Origin: Desulfomonilia bacterium
Lineage (GTDB): Bacteria > Desulfobacterota > Desulfomonilia > UBA1062
Assembly (NCBI GenBank): GCA_963664325.2
Contig: CAXXDQ010000007.1
Coordinates: forward strand, 960,001-1,024,000
Direction of reading: 5' to 3'
Length of the DNA: 64,000 nt
Under the pieces are notes generated by a model. That model ran no database searches. It was given only the letters and a program-made list of their open reading frames with translations, and was not told where the DNA came from. Position numbers and translations under genes: made by a program. This document shows positions 30,111-39,938 of the stretch, piece after piece; position 1 is the first letter of the stretch; each line of letters begins with the position of its first letter.

Positions 30111-31403
30111 TCATATATCCCTGTTATCAATTACGCGTATTGCCTTGCCTGTATCATTATATGGCAGACTGTCTGGTTCACAGAGTTCAACCTCCGGGGT
30201 AAGAAGTATTTCATCGTGGAGCTCCCTCACAATCCGGTTTCTTAATGATGCAAGCACTGTCGGATCCCCGACAAAAAATGCCGAATCAACTTCCACCTTA
30301 ACTATCATGTGGTCGTTATGGCCCTTGCTGAGGAGGATGATCTGATAGTTCCGCCTTACTCCCTCTATACCGATAAGCACCTCTTCGATCTGCACCGGGA
30401 ATATATTGACGCCTTTAAGAATAATCATGTCATCCGATCTTCCTGTAATCCTTCTGATCCTGTGGTGAGTCCTGCCGCATTCGCATTGATCCTCAATAAG
30501 ACTGGTAAGGTCCTTTGTGCGGTATCTCAAAATAGGCATCGCCTCTCGAGTAAGAGTCGTGAGTACAAGCTCTCCCGTCTCACCGGGTTTAACCGGTTCG
30601 AGCGTGATAGGATCCAGTATCTCGACAAGGAATGAATCCTCCCATATGTGCATACCGTTTTTAAAAGGACATTCGAAGGCGACCCCGGGGCCGCACATCT
30701 CCGAAAGGCCGTATGAATTGAAGCAGTCCATGCCGAAGAATTCTTCTATTTTTTTTCGGGTTTCCTCGGAGTATGGCTCGGCGCCGACAAATGCATATTT
30801 CAGATCAGGAAATTCCTTTTTAGGATCGATTCCCATCCTTTCCAGGGTATCGGCAAGGTGAAGTGCATAACTGGGAATAATATGGATTGCAGTCACATTG
30901 TAATCTTTCATGAATTTCAGCTGGCGCTTTGTATTTCCCGGACCAGACGGTATTGTCAGGCAGCCTATTTTTTCCGCACCGTAGTGAAGACCAAGTCCTC
31001 CGGTAAAAAGACCGTAGCCTATCATGTTTTGAAAGACATCGCTCGCACGGACACCTGCCATGTACATACAGCGTGCAACGAGCCCGGCCCATAAATCGAT
31101 GTCGGATTTGCTGTGGTAGACGACTGTCGGGATGCCGGTAGTGCCCGATGAAGAATGAAGTCTGATCACTTTTTCAATAGGCAACGAAAGCATCCTGTAT
31201 GGATAGGAATCCCTCAAATCCTGTTTGATGGTAAAAGGCAGTCTGGATATATCTTCAAGGCTCTCAATTCTAATATCTGCCAGTCCCCGGTCCTTATAAA
31301 AAGGGGCATTCGTAGCTGCTTTAAGAGTTTTTTTAAGCCTTTTCAGCTGCAAACCGGCAAGGTCGGCTCTCGACATGGTTTCGCTTGTCTTGTCCCAGTA
31401 CAC
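30111..31403 (-). CDS. paaK: Phenylacetate--CoA ligase family protein
   Basis: RLHSSSGTTG, YGLFTGGLGLHYG, YGLSE, RYRTKD, GRSDDM; GTG start with AGGAG RBS. Confidence 0.9.
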   Translation of the reverse strand: MYWDKTSETMSRADLAGLQLKRLKKTLKAATNAPFYKDRGLADIRIESLEDISRLPFTIKQDLRDSYPYRMLSLPIEKVIRLHSSSGTTGIPTVVYHSKSDIDLWAGLVARCMYMAGVRASDVFQNMIGYGLFTGGLGLHYGAEKIGCLTIPSGPGNTKRQLKFMKDYNVTAIHIIPSYALHLADTLERMGIDPKKEFPDLKYAFVGAEPYSEETRKKIEEFFGMDCFNSYGLSEMCGPGVAFECPFKNGMHIWEDSFLVEILDPITLEPVKPGETGELVLTTLTREAMPILRYRTKDLTSLIEDQCECGRTHHRIRRITGRSDDMIILKGVNIFPVQIEEVLIGIEGVRRNYQIILLSKGHNDHMIVKVEVDSAFFVGDPTVLASLRNRIVRELHDEILLTPEVELCEPDSLPYNDTGKAIRVIDNRDI

Positions 31404-31490
31404 TTTAAAACTCCTTGAAATATATTTGAAAAACCATGTAAAGGAATACAGAAAAAAGATAGTCAAGTCAAACCTTGCGGGGAGAAATAT

Positions 31491-32810
31491 ATGAAAATCT
31501 GCATGATCGGATCAGGATATGTCGGCCTTGTAACTGGTGCCTGTCTTGCCGAAATGGGTAATGATATACTCTGTGTTGATGAAGACAAGACAAAGATAGA
31601 TATGCTGGAAAAGGGTGATATACCGATTTATGAACCCGGCCTGAAAGACATGGTTATAAGAAACAGGGATGAGGGCAGGCTGAAATTTACTCTCGACCTC
31701 GCTGAAGGAGTCAACGGCAGTCTTTTATGTTTTATCTGCGTAGGCACCCCCCAGGACAGGGACGGCTCCGCAGACCTGTCTTATGTGCTCCGTGTGGCCA
31801 AGCAGATAGGCGAAATCATGACAGAGTATAAGATAATCGTGGACAAATCGACCGTGCCTGTAGGTACAGGTGACAAAGTCAGGGAGATCATCAGGGGCAG
31901 CCTTAATGAAAGAGGTTTGAACAATGTCGAGTTTGACGTAGTATCAAACCCTGAGTTTCTTAAAGAAGGCAATGCCGTGCAGGATTTCATGAGGCCGGAC
32001 CGTGTTGTAATCGGAACCGATAATGTCAGGACTGCGGCAATATTAAAAGAGCTTTACATCCCCTTTGTAAGAACGACAAACAATCCCATGCTCGTAATGG
32101 ACATCAGGAGTGCGGAACTTTCTAAATACGCTGCAAATGCCTTCCTTGCCACAAAGGTCTCATTCATAAACGAGCTTTCCATGCTGTGCGACAAAATGGG
32201 AGCCGATATATCACACGTGAGGGACGGCATGGGTACCGATGACCGGATAGGACCCCGCTTCCTGCTGGCAGGCCCGGGATTCGGCGGTTCCTGTTTCCCC
32301 AAGGACGTGCAGGCCCTTATTGCCACATCGCGCAGTTATGACCACGTTCTTGAAATCACTGAGGCGACATGGCGTGCAAACCAGCGCCAGATGAGATATT
32401 TTGCTGACAAGATACTTTCATACTATATCGATCCCGCTCATAAGACTCTGGCGGTCTGGGGACTCACTTTCAAGCCGAAGACCGATGATGTCCGGGAATC
32501 ACCCGCCCTTTACATAATACAAATGCTTCTTGAAAAGGGCATGAAGGTCAGGGCATTCGACCCCAAAGGAATCGAGAATACGAAAAAGATGCTTGGCGAT
32601 AAAATATTTTATGCAAAGGATGCTTATGATACGCTTGATGGGGCTGACGGGCTGGCAATCATTACGGAGTGGAACATGTTCAAGAGCCCGGACTTTGACA
32701 GGATTAAAGAGACGCTCAAGACTCCTGTTATTTTTGACGGAAGAAACCTTTTTGACCCGGATGAGATCAGGGACAAGGGGTTTGAATATTTCGGGATAGG
32801 CAGGGGCTGA
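31491..32810 (+). CDS. ugd: UDP-glucose 6-dehydrogenase
   Basis: GSGYVG, KSTVPVGT, NPEFLKEG, GFGGSCFPKD. Confidence 0.95.
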   Translation: MKICMIGSGYVGLVTGACLAEMGNDILCVDEDKTKIDMLEKGDIPIYEPGLKDMVIRNRDEGRLKFTLDLAEGVNGSLLCFICVGTPQDRDGSADLSYVLRVAKQIGEIMTEYKIIVDKSTVPVGTGDKVREIIRGSLNERGLNNVEFDVVSNPEFLKEGNAVQDFMRPDRVVIGTDNVRTAAILKELYIPFVRTTNNPMLVMDIRSAELSKYAANAFLATKVSFINELSMLCDKMGADISHVRDGMGTDDRIGPRFLLAGPGFGGSCFPKDVQALIATSRSYDHVLEITEATWRANQRQMRYFADKILSYYIDPAHKTLAVWGLTFKPKTDDVRESPALYIIQMLLEKGMKVRAFDPKGIENTKKMLGDKIFYAKDAYDTLDGADGLAIITEWNMFKSPDFDRIKETLKTPVIFDGRNLFDPDEIRDKGFEYFGIGRG

Positions 32811-32879
32811 TCGCAATTCCAAATCAAGCGCGCCCCTTGATTCGGGCCATCCACGGCCGTCTTCTGCAGGCGCATACAG

Positions 32880-33221
32880 GATGTTCATGATCCCTTTGTC
32901 TCTGCGCCTCCGGCTTGAGGAGTTGAACAATGATGCTCAAGATCCCTTTGTCTCTGCGCCTCCGGCTTGAGGAGTTGAACAATGATGCTCAAGATCCCTT
33001 TGTCTCTGCGCCTCCGGCTTGAGGAGCTGAACAAAGATGCTCATGATCCCTTTGTCTCTGCGCCTCCGGCTTGAGGAGTTGAACAATGATGCTCATGATC
33101 CCTTTGTCTCTGCGCCTCCGGCTTGAGGAGCTGAACAAAGATGCTCATGATCCATTTGTCTCTGCGCCTCCGGCTTGAGGAGTTGAACAATGATGCTCAT
33201 GATCCCTTTGTCTCTGCGCCT
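32880..33221. repeat. Tandem repeat, 52-bp unit, about 6.5 copies
   Basis: GATCC(C/A)TTTGTCTCTGCGCCT recurs at 32889, 32941, 32993, 33045, 33097, 33149 and 33201. Confidence 0.98.
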
Positions 33222-33334
33222 TTTCGGTATCAACCTGAATGCAAAACTGAACGGATATATTTTATGTGCCGAAAGTCAGGATAAATTGATGTCATCCCGG
33301 CTCCGGCCAGTTGAATTCCTATTCCTGTCTTCTG

Positions 33335-34075
33335 TTACTTATTATTCACCGCCAGCCTGAGTGTTTTCTCAATATAATCAATATGCTCAATAGTAGCGAG
33401 TCTGGCGGCATCGGGATCCCGCTTTTCAATTGCATTCCATATCTTGCCCAGTTGTGTGAATATCTTGCGGGAACTTCCTCCAACGTTTGTAAGCTTCTTC
33501 CTGCTGTAAGGGAAAGCCCCTTTGAGTATTCCGGCAATCGTCTGCCTTATATGCATAAATACTGTGTTTTTCGTAGATTCAGCCAGAAGGTCAAAAAATC
33601 TTGTATAAATCAGGCCTCCGTCCTTAGTTACAAGCAGGGTGTCGAGTCCGGCCTTTTCAGCCCTTTCGGACAGGCTTTTCATCTCTGCGATCTGTTCCGG
33701 TGTTGCATTTTTAGCGGCAAGATATGCGGCTTCAGCCTCAATAAACCTTCTGACATAAAGCAATTCCCAGATCTTTCCCTGGTCAATCAATATCAATTCT
33801 TCAATAGTCGATATCATGGAATCGGCAATAGACTTGACGAATTTGCCCCTCCTGTCGAGGGATTCGATATAACCTCTTGCCTCAAGAAGTTTCATGGCCT
33901 CACGAAGAGATATCCTGCTTATACCGAACATCTGCGTCATTTTATGCTCGCTTGGCAGTTTATCTCCAGGCTTCAGCTTTCCTTCCGAAATAAGGTCTAT
34001 TATCTGCTTCGATACAAGGTTTGGAATATCAGGAGATTTTTCTATGCGGGAAAGACCAAACGGCTTTGTCTCCAT
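33335..34075 (-). CDS. GntR/FadR family transcriptional regulator
   Basis: LKPGDKLPSE..FGISRISLREA wHTH plus FCD domain. Confidence 0.94.
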   Translation of the reverse strand: METKPFGLSRIEKSPDIPNLVSKQIIDLISEGKLKPGDKLPSEHKMTQMFGISRISLREAMKLLEARGYIESLDRRGKFVKSIADSMISTIEELILIDQGKIWELLYVRRFIEAEAAYLAAKNATPEQIAEMKSLSERAEKAGLDTLLVTKDGGLIYTRFFDLLAESTKNTVFMHIRQTIAGILKGAFPYSRKKLTNVGGSSRKIFTQLGKIWNAIEKRDPDAARLATIEHIDYIEKTLRLAVNNK

Positions 34076-34105
34076 TATTCACCTCATCTGTATTTTATTG
34101 TGTTG

Positions 34106-34124
34106 TTGTATGATAATCATACAA
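34106..34124. promoter_or_regulatory. Candidate autoregulatory operator of the GntR gene
   Basis: Perfect palindrome TTGTATGAT-A-ATCATACAA about 30 bp upstream of the start. Confidence 0.65.
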
Positions 34125-34174
34125 TCATAAACAGCTCAAGCACTATCTTGCAAGCACTTGTTCGGGACTTGCCG

Positions 34175-34870
34175 TCATAAGATCCTGACAGGCCTGAAAC
34201 CTACACAATCGGCCGAAGTGAAAACAAAGCGGGTGCTTCCAATTGTTGTATTGAATCCGGAATAGTCGTTGCCATCTATATGCATGTGGCCGAAAACCCA
34301 TGTGTGTACATCAAACCCCTTCAGAGTCTCGACTGCCCTTCCCGTCCTGTTATCAGGCGAAATCGGCGGGAAATGCGTCATAACGATAATCTTCTCAGTT
34401 TTTCCTGAAAGTGATTCAATGGAATTTTTAAGCCTGCCCAATTCTCTCTCAAAAAGCTTCCCGTCTTCGTCCGTTGCCTTTTCAAGGTTAAGGCCGGGGT
34501 CGATCCATAATCTCGTCCCGGCAATACCTATACCCTGCGTTTCATATGAAGTGTTATGCAACGGTAAAATTGAATCCGGAACAATATCCCTGACTTTTTT
34601 CAGCCCCTGCCACCAGTAATCATGATTTCCTTTTATAATGATTTTTTTACCGGGAAGCCCGTCAAGAAATGCCAGGTCTGCCTTTGCCCCCATCGGCTTC
34701 ATTGCCCAGGATATATCCCCGGCTACAAGGACAATATCATCACCGGAAACCGTATTGGTCCATTCCTGACTGATTCGTTCATGATGCAACTCCCAGTGCG
34801 GACCGAAAATATCCATAGGCTTATCTGAATCAAAGCCGAGATGAAGGTCTGATAAAGCAAAGATTTTCAT
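34175..34870 (-). CDS. Metallophosphoesterase
   Basis: SDLH, GDISWA, GNHDYWW, FGHMH. Confidence 0.9.
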   Translation of the reverse strand: MKIFALSDLHLGFDSDKPMDIFGPHWELHHERISQEWTNTVSGDDIVLVAGDISWAMKPMGAKADLAFLDGLPGKKIIIKGNHDYWWQGLKKVRDIVPDSILPLHNTSYETQGIGIAGTRLWIDPGLNLEKATDEDGKLFERELGRLKNSIESLSGKTEKIIVMTHFPPISPDNRTGRAVETLKGFDVHTWVFGHMHIDGNDYSGFNTTIGSTRFVFTSADCVGFRPVRIL

Positions 34871-34896
34871 TATGTTTGCTTTTTATGCTGCTCCGT

Positions 34897-35838
34897 TTAC
34901 CGGTTTTTGCTGTTGAACCTGTTTAATATTTCGCCGGCCTTTCTGCAGTCTTTATCGATCTGTTTAGTCAGCTGCTCCTTGCTTTCGAACTTGATTTCGG
35001 TTCTCAGGCGATCAATAAACTCTATTGTCATAGACCTGCCGTACAGGTCGCCATCAAAATCGAAAAGGAAGGCCTCAATTGACGTTCCTTCATCACCGAA
35101 TGTCGGGTTGTCACCTATGTTGGTTGCCCCTGTATAGCGTTTGCCGTCCAGATATATGTTTGTCGCATAAACACCGTAAAAGGGGATCAAGGATTTGTCA
35201 GGCTTGATATTTGCCGTCGGAAAACCGAGCAGTCTACCCCGCGCCATACCGTGAACGACGGTGCCGGGAAGCCTGTATGGCCTTGACAGGAGCCCGGCCG
35301 CAGTACTTACATCCCCTGCTTTTATCATGGCCCTTATCAGTGTGCTGGAAACGACTATCCCGTCCTTGATCACGGCAGGAACGCTTTCTACAAAAAACCC
35401 GAGTTTATCCCCCTTTTTTTTTAAAAAGGGTATATCTCCCATCGCCCTGCGGCCGAAAACAAAATCATAACCCACAACGATACCTTTCGCCTTAATCCCG
35501 CTTACAAGCACCTCGTCAACGAACCTCTCAGGATGAGTATCTGCAAACTCTCTCGTGAAAGGAACGACAACCATGAAATCCATTCCCAACGAATCAATCG
35601 CTTCTATCTTTTCATTAAGCGTATATATGGTACTGGGTTCATTCTCATGAATCACCGATGCGGGATGCGGATTGAATGTATAGACGACTGATGATCCGCC
35701 CAGGGCGGCAGCATGCTTTCTTACCCTTCTGAATATTTCCTGATGCCCGACATGACATCCGTCGAAGTTGCCTATGGTGACAACCGGATTCTTTATTTTC
35801 CCGGCATCAATTTTATCGTTTCCCCAGAAAATTTTCAT
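34897..35838 (-). CDS. ribF: Bifunctional riboflavin kinase/FAD synthetase
   Basis: GNFDGCHVGH, VSSTLIR, GFPTAN, NIGDNPTF. Confidence 0.97.
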   Translation of the reverse strand: MKIFWGNDKIDAGKIKNPVVTIGNFDGCHVGHQEIFRRVRKHAAALGGSSVVYTFNPHPASVIHENEPSTIYTLNEKIEAIDSLGMDFMVVVPFTREFADTHPERFVDEVLVSGIKAKGIVVGYDFVFGRRAMGDIPFLKKKGDKLGFFVESVPAVIKDGIVVSSTLIRAMIKAGDVSTAAGLLSRPYRLPGTVVHGMARGRLLGFPTANIKPDKSLIPFYGVYATNIYLDGKRYTGATNIGDNPTFGDEGTSIEAFLFDFDGDLYGRSMTIEFIDRLRTEIKFESKEQLTKQIDKDCRKAGEILNRFNSKNR

Positions 35839-35907
35839 GTCCTCAATCCTTGACTTTTTTAAGGTTCAAAAGTATAGGGGAAAAGCTCTTGCATTGCAAG
35901 GGCATGT

Positions 35908-35994
35908 GCCGGGGTGGCGGAACTGGCAGACGCGCTAGGTTCAGGGTCTAGTGTCCGAACGGACATCAGGGTTCAAGTCCCTGTCCCGGCACCA
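35908..35994 (+). tRNA. tRNA-Leu(CAG)
   Basis: Acceptor stem GCCGGGG/TCCCGGC, anticodon arm CTAGG-TTCAGGG-TCTAG, long variable arm, GTTCAA T-loop, encoded CCA. Confidence 0.97.
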
Positions 35995-36151
35995 ATCTAA
36001 AAACCATAAGGTTTTGACAGTGCCTCATGTGTAATGACATTACAATTCTACAGGAGGCATAAAACAATCCGATATCTCAGCAGCCAGTCATGCCTCCTGA
36101 CATCAAGTTAAAGTATTGATCCGTGTTGCCAGATCAAACTGGACTCAGCAA

Positions 36152-37792
36152 TCAGATTGCTGAAATGTATGTCATATAGCCGCCGCTCAGGTTAAATACG
36201 TTATAGCCTTTCTGCATGAGTATCCTGCTTGCCAGGTATCCTCTCAGGCCTATTGCGCAATATATGATGATCCGCTTTTCTTTCGGAAATTCCCCTAGCC
36301 TCCCCCGCAGTTCATCAACCGGGATATTTACAGCACCATCGATTGACCCTGCTCTGAATTCAAACGGCGTCCTTACATCGACAATTAACGAATCATCTCT
36401 ATAATTTTCGACATCATCCCAGTAAATTATCCTTACTTTCCCGCTCAGGATGTTCTCTGCGACAAAACCGGCCATATTGACAGGGTCTTTTGCCGAGGAA
36501 AACGGCGGCGCATAGGCATGTTCGATCCGGGTCAGATCATAAATGGTTCCTTTTCTCCCTATCACGGAGGCTATCAGGTCGATCCTCTTGTCGACGCCTT
36601 CCTGACCGATTATCTGAGCACCTAGAACAAGGCCATTATCCGGAGAATACATAAGCTTGATCGACAGCATGGAAGCCCCGGGATAATACCCCGCATGCGA
36701 GGCCCCGTGAGTGATGGATGAGACAAAATCGATACCTGATGATTTAAGCAGGCGTCCCGACGCGCCTGTTATTGCACAGTTGAGCCCGAACACCTTGACT
36801 ATGGCGGTCCCGATTGAGCCCTGATAGCTGCTGACATCTCCCAGTACGATATTGTCTGCAACGATCCTGGCCTGCTTGTTGGCAGGGCCTGCCAGAGGTA
36901 CAGCCACAGGCCTGCCAAGTACCGGATGCATCATTTCGACTGCGTCTCCGAGCGCATATATATCGGGATCGGACGTGCGCATGTATTCATCCACAATTAT
37001 GCCGCCTCCGGCCCCTATATCGAGTCCTGCCTTTTTTGCCAGGGATGAATCCGGCCGTACACCGATAGACAGAATAATCATGTCGGCAACTATCTCTTTC
37101 CCGCTCTTTAGCGAGACTGCAAGATTCTTTCCCTGTCTTGAAACCGAAACAAGAGAGTCATTCAGAATAAGATCAACCATTTTTTTCTTCAGATGTTCCC
37201 CAACAAGAGCGGCCATTTCATAATCAAAAGGCGGAAGTACTTGGCCCTGCATCTCCACGATGCTTACATCTATCCCAAGGTTGATCAGATTTTCGGCCGC
37301 CTCAAGACCTATGAATCCCCCTCCTGCAACAAGGGCTTTTTGAGGCTTATTCTCCTGGATAAAGGACTTCAACCTGTCCGAGTCGCCGACTGAACGGATC
37401 GTGAATACAGCTTCATCGTCAATTCCGCTAACAGAGGGCCTGAACGGGTATGCTCCCGGCGACAGAACAAGTTTGTCGTATCGTTCAGAATATTCTTTGC
37501 CGCTTTTTAGGTCCCTTGCCTTAACCGTTTTCGAAGTCCTGTCCACTTCCGTCACTTCATTCTTTACTCGGACATCCAGGTTATATCTCTGGCGGAGACC
37601 TGATGCGCTTTGTACAAAAAGGCTGTCTCTTTTGGGTATGACGCCGCCTACATAATACGGCAATCCGCAGTTCGCATATGAGACATAATCGTCTCTCTCG
37701 AAAACTATTATCTCTGCATTTTCATCAAGCCGCCTTAGTCTGGCCGCAGTCGAAGCACCTCCGGCCACTCCACCGACAATAATATACCGCAT
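36152..37792 (-). CDS. CoA-disulfide reductase family flavoprotein with C-terminal rhodanese domain
   Basis: GGVAGGAS, SYANCGLPY, YAPPFSSAKDP, rhodanese YCAIGLRG; AGGAG RBS before ATG 37792. Confidence 0.92.
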   Translation of the reverse strand: MRYIIVGGVAGGASTAARLRRLDENAEIIVFERDDYVSYANCGLPYYVGGVIPKRDSLFVQSASGLRQRYNLDVRVKNEVTEVDRTSKTVKARDLKSGKEYSERYDKLVLSPGAYPFRPSVSGIDDEAVFTIRSVGDSDRLKSFIQENKPQKALVAGGGFIGLEAAENLINLGIDVSIVEMQGQVLPPFDYEMAALVGEHLKKKMVDLILNDSLVSVSRQGKNLAVSLKSGKEIVADMIILSIGVRPDSSLAKKAGLDIGAGGGIIVDEYMRTSDPDIYALGDAVEMMHPVLGRPVAVPLAGPANKQARIVADNIVLGDVSSYQGSIGTAIVKVFGLNCAITGASGRLLKSSGIDFVSSITHGASHAGYYPGASMLSIKLMYSPDNGLVLGAQIIGQEGVDKRIDLIASVIGRKGTIYDLTRIEHAYAPPFSSAKDPVNMAGFVAENILSGKVRIIYWDDVENYRDDSLIVDVRTPFEFRAGSIDGAVNIPVDELRGRLGEFPKEKRIIIYCAIGLRGYLASRILMQKGYNVFNLSGGYMTYISAI

Positions 37793-37814
37793 AGACAAAT
37801 GCTCCTTTTGCTTG

Positions 37815-38396
37815 TTATTTGGTAAGCATACCCCCGCAGCCGCCCACTGGCATGCCTCCACCACATGATACCTGAAATTGAGTTGTTTGTGATCCCCCTT
37901 TGGCAATAATTTCAAGAGCCTTGCCAGCTGCTTTTCCAACAACTCCCGAACAATGATCGGACATGCCCTGTTCAAATGCGCTATTCATGTCATCAGGGTT
38001 TCTCAAGTCGAAGCTTCGCCCCATTAACCTCTTCTGAATATCGGCGCACCGGCATGTCCCGTATTCCGAGATGAAATATTCGTGAAGCTCCTTTGCAAGG
38101 TCATATGATTTTATGGCTGCCAGAGGGTCTTTGAAGTTTGAGGCATCACGGCCAAAGAGAAGCCCCATCACCATTGCCCCGCCTGTCAGCGCACCGCAGC
38201 TGCCGTCGCTGCTGAGTCCAATACCGTCGGCCATGCCGCTTGACGCCTTGAACACGTCTTCGTTATTTATCTCAAGGATTTCAAGAAGCGCTGCAACCGT
38301 GCTTTGTGCACAGCCAGTGCACGTCTTCTCATATTCTTTGCCAAGCGCTTCAACCCTTTTAATATCCGATTCCTTTATCTTTTGTAAATCCTTCAT
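37815..38396 (-). CDS. C-GCAxxG-C-C family putative redox protein
   Basis: GCAQS, SCGALTGG, CRCADI, HC motifs. Confidence 0.88.
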   Translation of the reverse strand: MKDLQKIKESDIKRVEALGKEYEKTCTGCAQSTVAALLEILEINNEDVFKASSGMADGIGLSSDGSCGALTGGAMVMGLLFGRDASNFKDPLAAIKSYDLAKELHEYFISEYGTCRCADIQKRLMGRSFDLRNPDDMNSAFEQGMSDHCSGVVGKAAGKALEIIAKGGSQTTQFQVSCGGGMPVGGCGGMLTK

Positions 38397-38412
38397 GGCT
38401 TACTCCTTCAGA

Positions 38413-39711
38413 TCAGACCAGATGCCACGGTTGCCGGAGCGAGAACAGTATCTTGCTGCCCGATATACGCTTTTGATAACCATTCTCGTCCAGTATCCTC
38501 GTCACAAGAACCTTGGGACGGGATGGAAACGGGAAGCATTTTTTAAATTTCATCTCAGGGGTTTCCAGTTTGAACATCTCTTCAACAATATCCTCTATGG
38601 TCGCTTCGCCTATCTTTGAGTGGACCTCAAGCACGTCACGCTTCAGTCCTAGATAAAATTTTTCAAAGGTGGAGAAAAACGTAATGCATTCATCTTCGCC
38701 CCTTGCGCAGTCTTCAAGCTCTATGGGACTAAGCGGTGTAATGTTCAAAAGATGCATGGCATCAACAAGGAAGGTCTTGCTCCTGTGCGCGTCCGATGCA
38801 AGAGCGATAAAGCCCTGCTCAGCCATGCGCCTGAACCCCCTGGCGGCGCCTATACATTTTTCAAAACAGCTGTCAAAAAAAGGCGGATTTATCTCGACAG
38901 TAACATCGCCGCTTAAGAGGAGTCGGTTTTCGGGATCATACAGACATACATGACCCGGGCTATGCGAACCGTCATGAATAATAAAAAAGCGCCCCACCTG
39001 CCAGCCATGGAATTCCGTATCGCCGAAGACCCGTTTTTCGCGTCCGGAAAGCTTCAGGACTTCGGCCCTTTCGGCAAGGCTGCGTTTGTTTCCGACAAGT
39101 ACCCGGTCAATGAGAAGCTTCAGGGCTGTCCGGTAGCCTTCATAGCTTGAATCAGGTTCGAGCATGGCAAGGCTTCTCCACACATCTGCATATTGAGGTT
39201 CGCTGTATTCTCTGAAATTCCTGGCATACCTTTCTATCTCCTGAAGAAGATCCCTCCAGGCGGTATAGGGGTTGAAAAATGCTTCCAGCTTTCTGAAATC
39301 GCCAAGCCAGTGGTACGCAGAGTCGATGACCGGCACTTCCGGCTCCGGTAAAAGGAAACGCACGGTTTCAAAGCCCGCATCAAGCACCACATCATTGTTG
39401 AGGGCATGGTCCCAGTGGCCCTGGGTATCCATGAGAACAAGCCTCTTGCAGCCGGCAGCCGAATACCTGCGAAGGACATCAAGGATTCTCTGCCTGTAGA
39501 AAGGCTGCATGCCGGTATCCAGAACGAACACAAGGTCTTTGTCCCTGAGGACGTAGACATTGCTGGACGGCGGAGCGAGGAAAAAAGAGAAACCGACAAA
39601 ACCTTCAATCTGCCAGACATCAGGGGCTATTTCCCGAACAGCCGATTTCGAATAGGTGTCATCCATATCCGGAAAACAGAACGGATGCAGTTTTAACTGA
39701 TGCTTATCCAT
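38413..39711 (-). CDS. Metallo-beta-lactamase fold hydrolase
   Basis: DTG, QGHWDH, HSPGH, LLLSGD motifs. Confidence 0.8.
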   Translation of the reverse strand: MDKHQLKLHPFCFPDMDDTYSKSAVREIAPDVWQIEGFVGFSFFLAPPSSNVYVLRDKDLVFVLDTGMQPFYRQRILDVLRRYSAAGCKRLVLMDTQGHWDHALNNDVVLDAGFETVRFLLPEPEVPVIDSAYHWLGDFRKLEAFFNPYTAWRDLLQEIERYARNFREYSEPQYADVWRSLAMLEPDSSYEGYRTALKLLIDRVLVGNKRSLAERAEVLKLSGREKRVFGDTEFHGWQVGRFFIIHDGSHSPGHVCLYDPENRLLLSGDVTVEINPPFFDSCFEKCIGAARGFRRMAEQGFIALASDAHRSKTFLVDAMHLLNITPLSPIELEDCARGEDECITFFSTFEKFYLGLKRDVLEVHSKIGEATIEDIVEEMFKLETPEMKFKKCFPFPSRPKVLVTRILDENGYQKRISGSKILFSLRQPWHLV

Positions 39712-39749
39712 AATATACCTCCTTATTTTTTTGTGCTCATGGTTTAGCC

Positions 39750-39765
39750 AGCAATACCCATGCCT
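39750..39765 (-). promoter_or_regulatory. Sigma-54 (-24/-12) promoter
   Basis: Minus strand AGGCAT-GGGTA-TTGCT (GG-N10-GC), divergent from a sigma-54 activator gene. Confidence 0.75.
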
Positions 39766-39838
39766 TACGCAGTATTATTTGTTAGTATTCGTTTTTATTG
39801 ACTATTTGGCTTGTTTGTCTTACTAATCATGATATAAT

Positions 39839-39876
39839 AGACCATATTGGGTCATTATAGTGACCTTATACGGTCA
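39839..39876. promoter_or_regulatory. Paired upstream activator sequences
   Basis: AGACC-N6-GGTCA (39839-39854) and TGACC-N6-GGTCA (39861-39876), 22 bp apart. Confidence 0.65.
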
Positions 39877-39938
39877 TTTATTTGATATAGGTCCTTTCTG
39901 GTGATACCAGGTCACGGAAAGCAGGGAAAGGAGAGACG

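Noticed and set aside
32880-33221. 52-bp repeats as a CRISPR array
   Set aside because: Units are contiguous and near-identical with no unique spacers; no cas genes in the window
35995-36150. Prophage or ICE integrated at tRNA-Leu
   Set aside because: No integrase, phage or conjugation genes, and no duplicated tRNA 3' end seen
37815-38396. Selenocysteine in the C-GCAxxG-C-C protein (also checked the DUF169 protein at 8823-9581)
   Set aside because: All motif positions are Cys codons and the ORFs look full length
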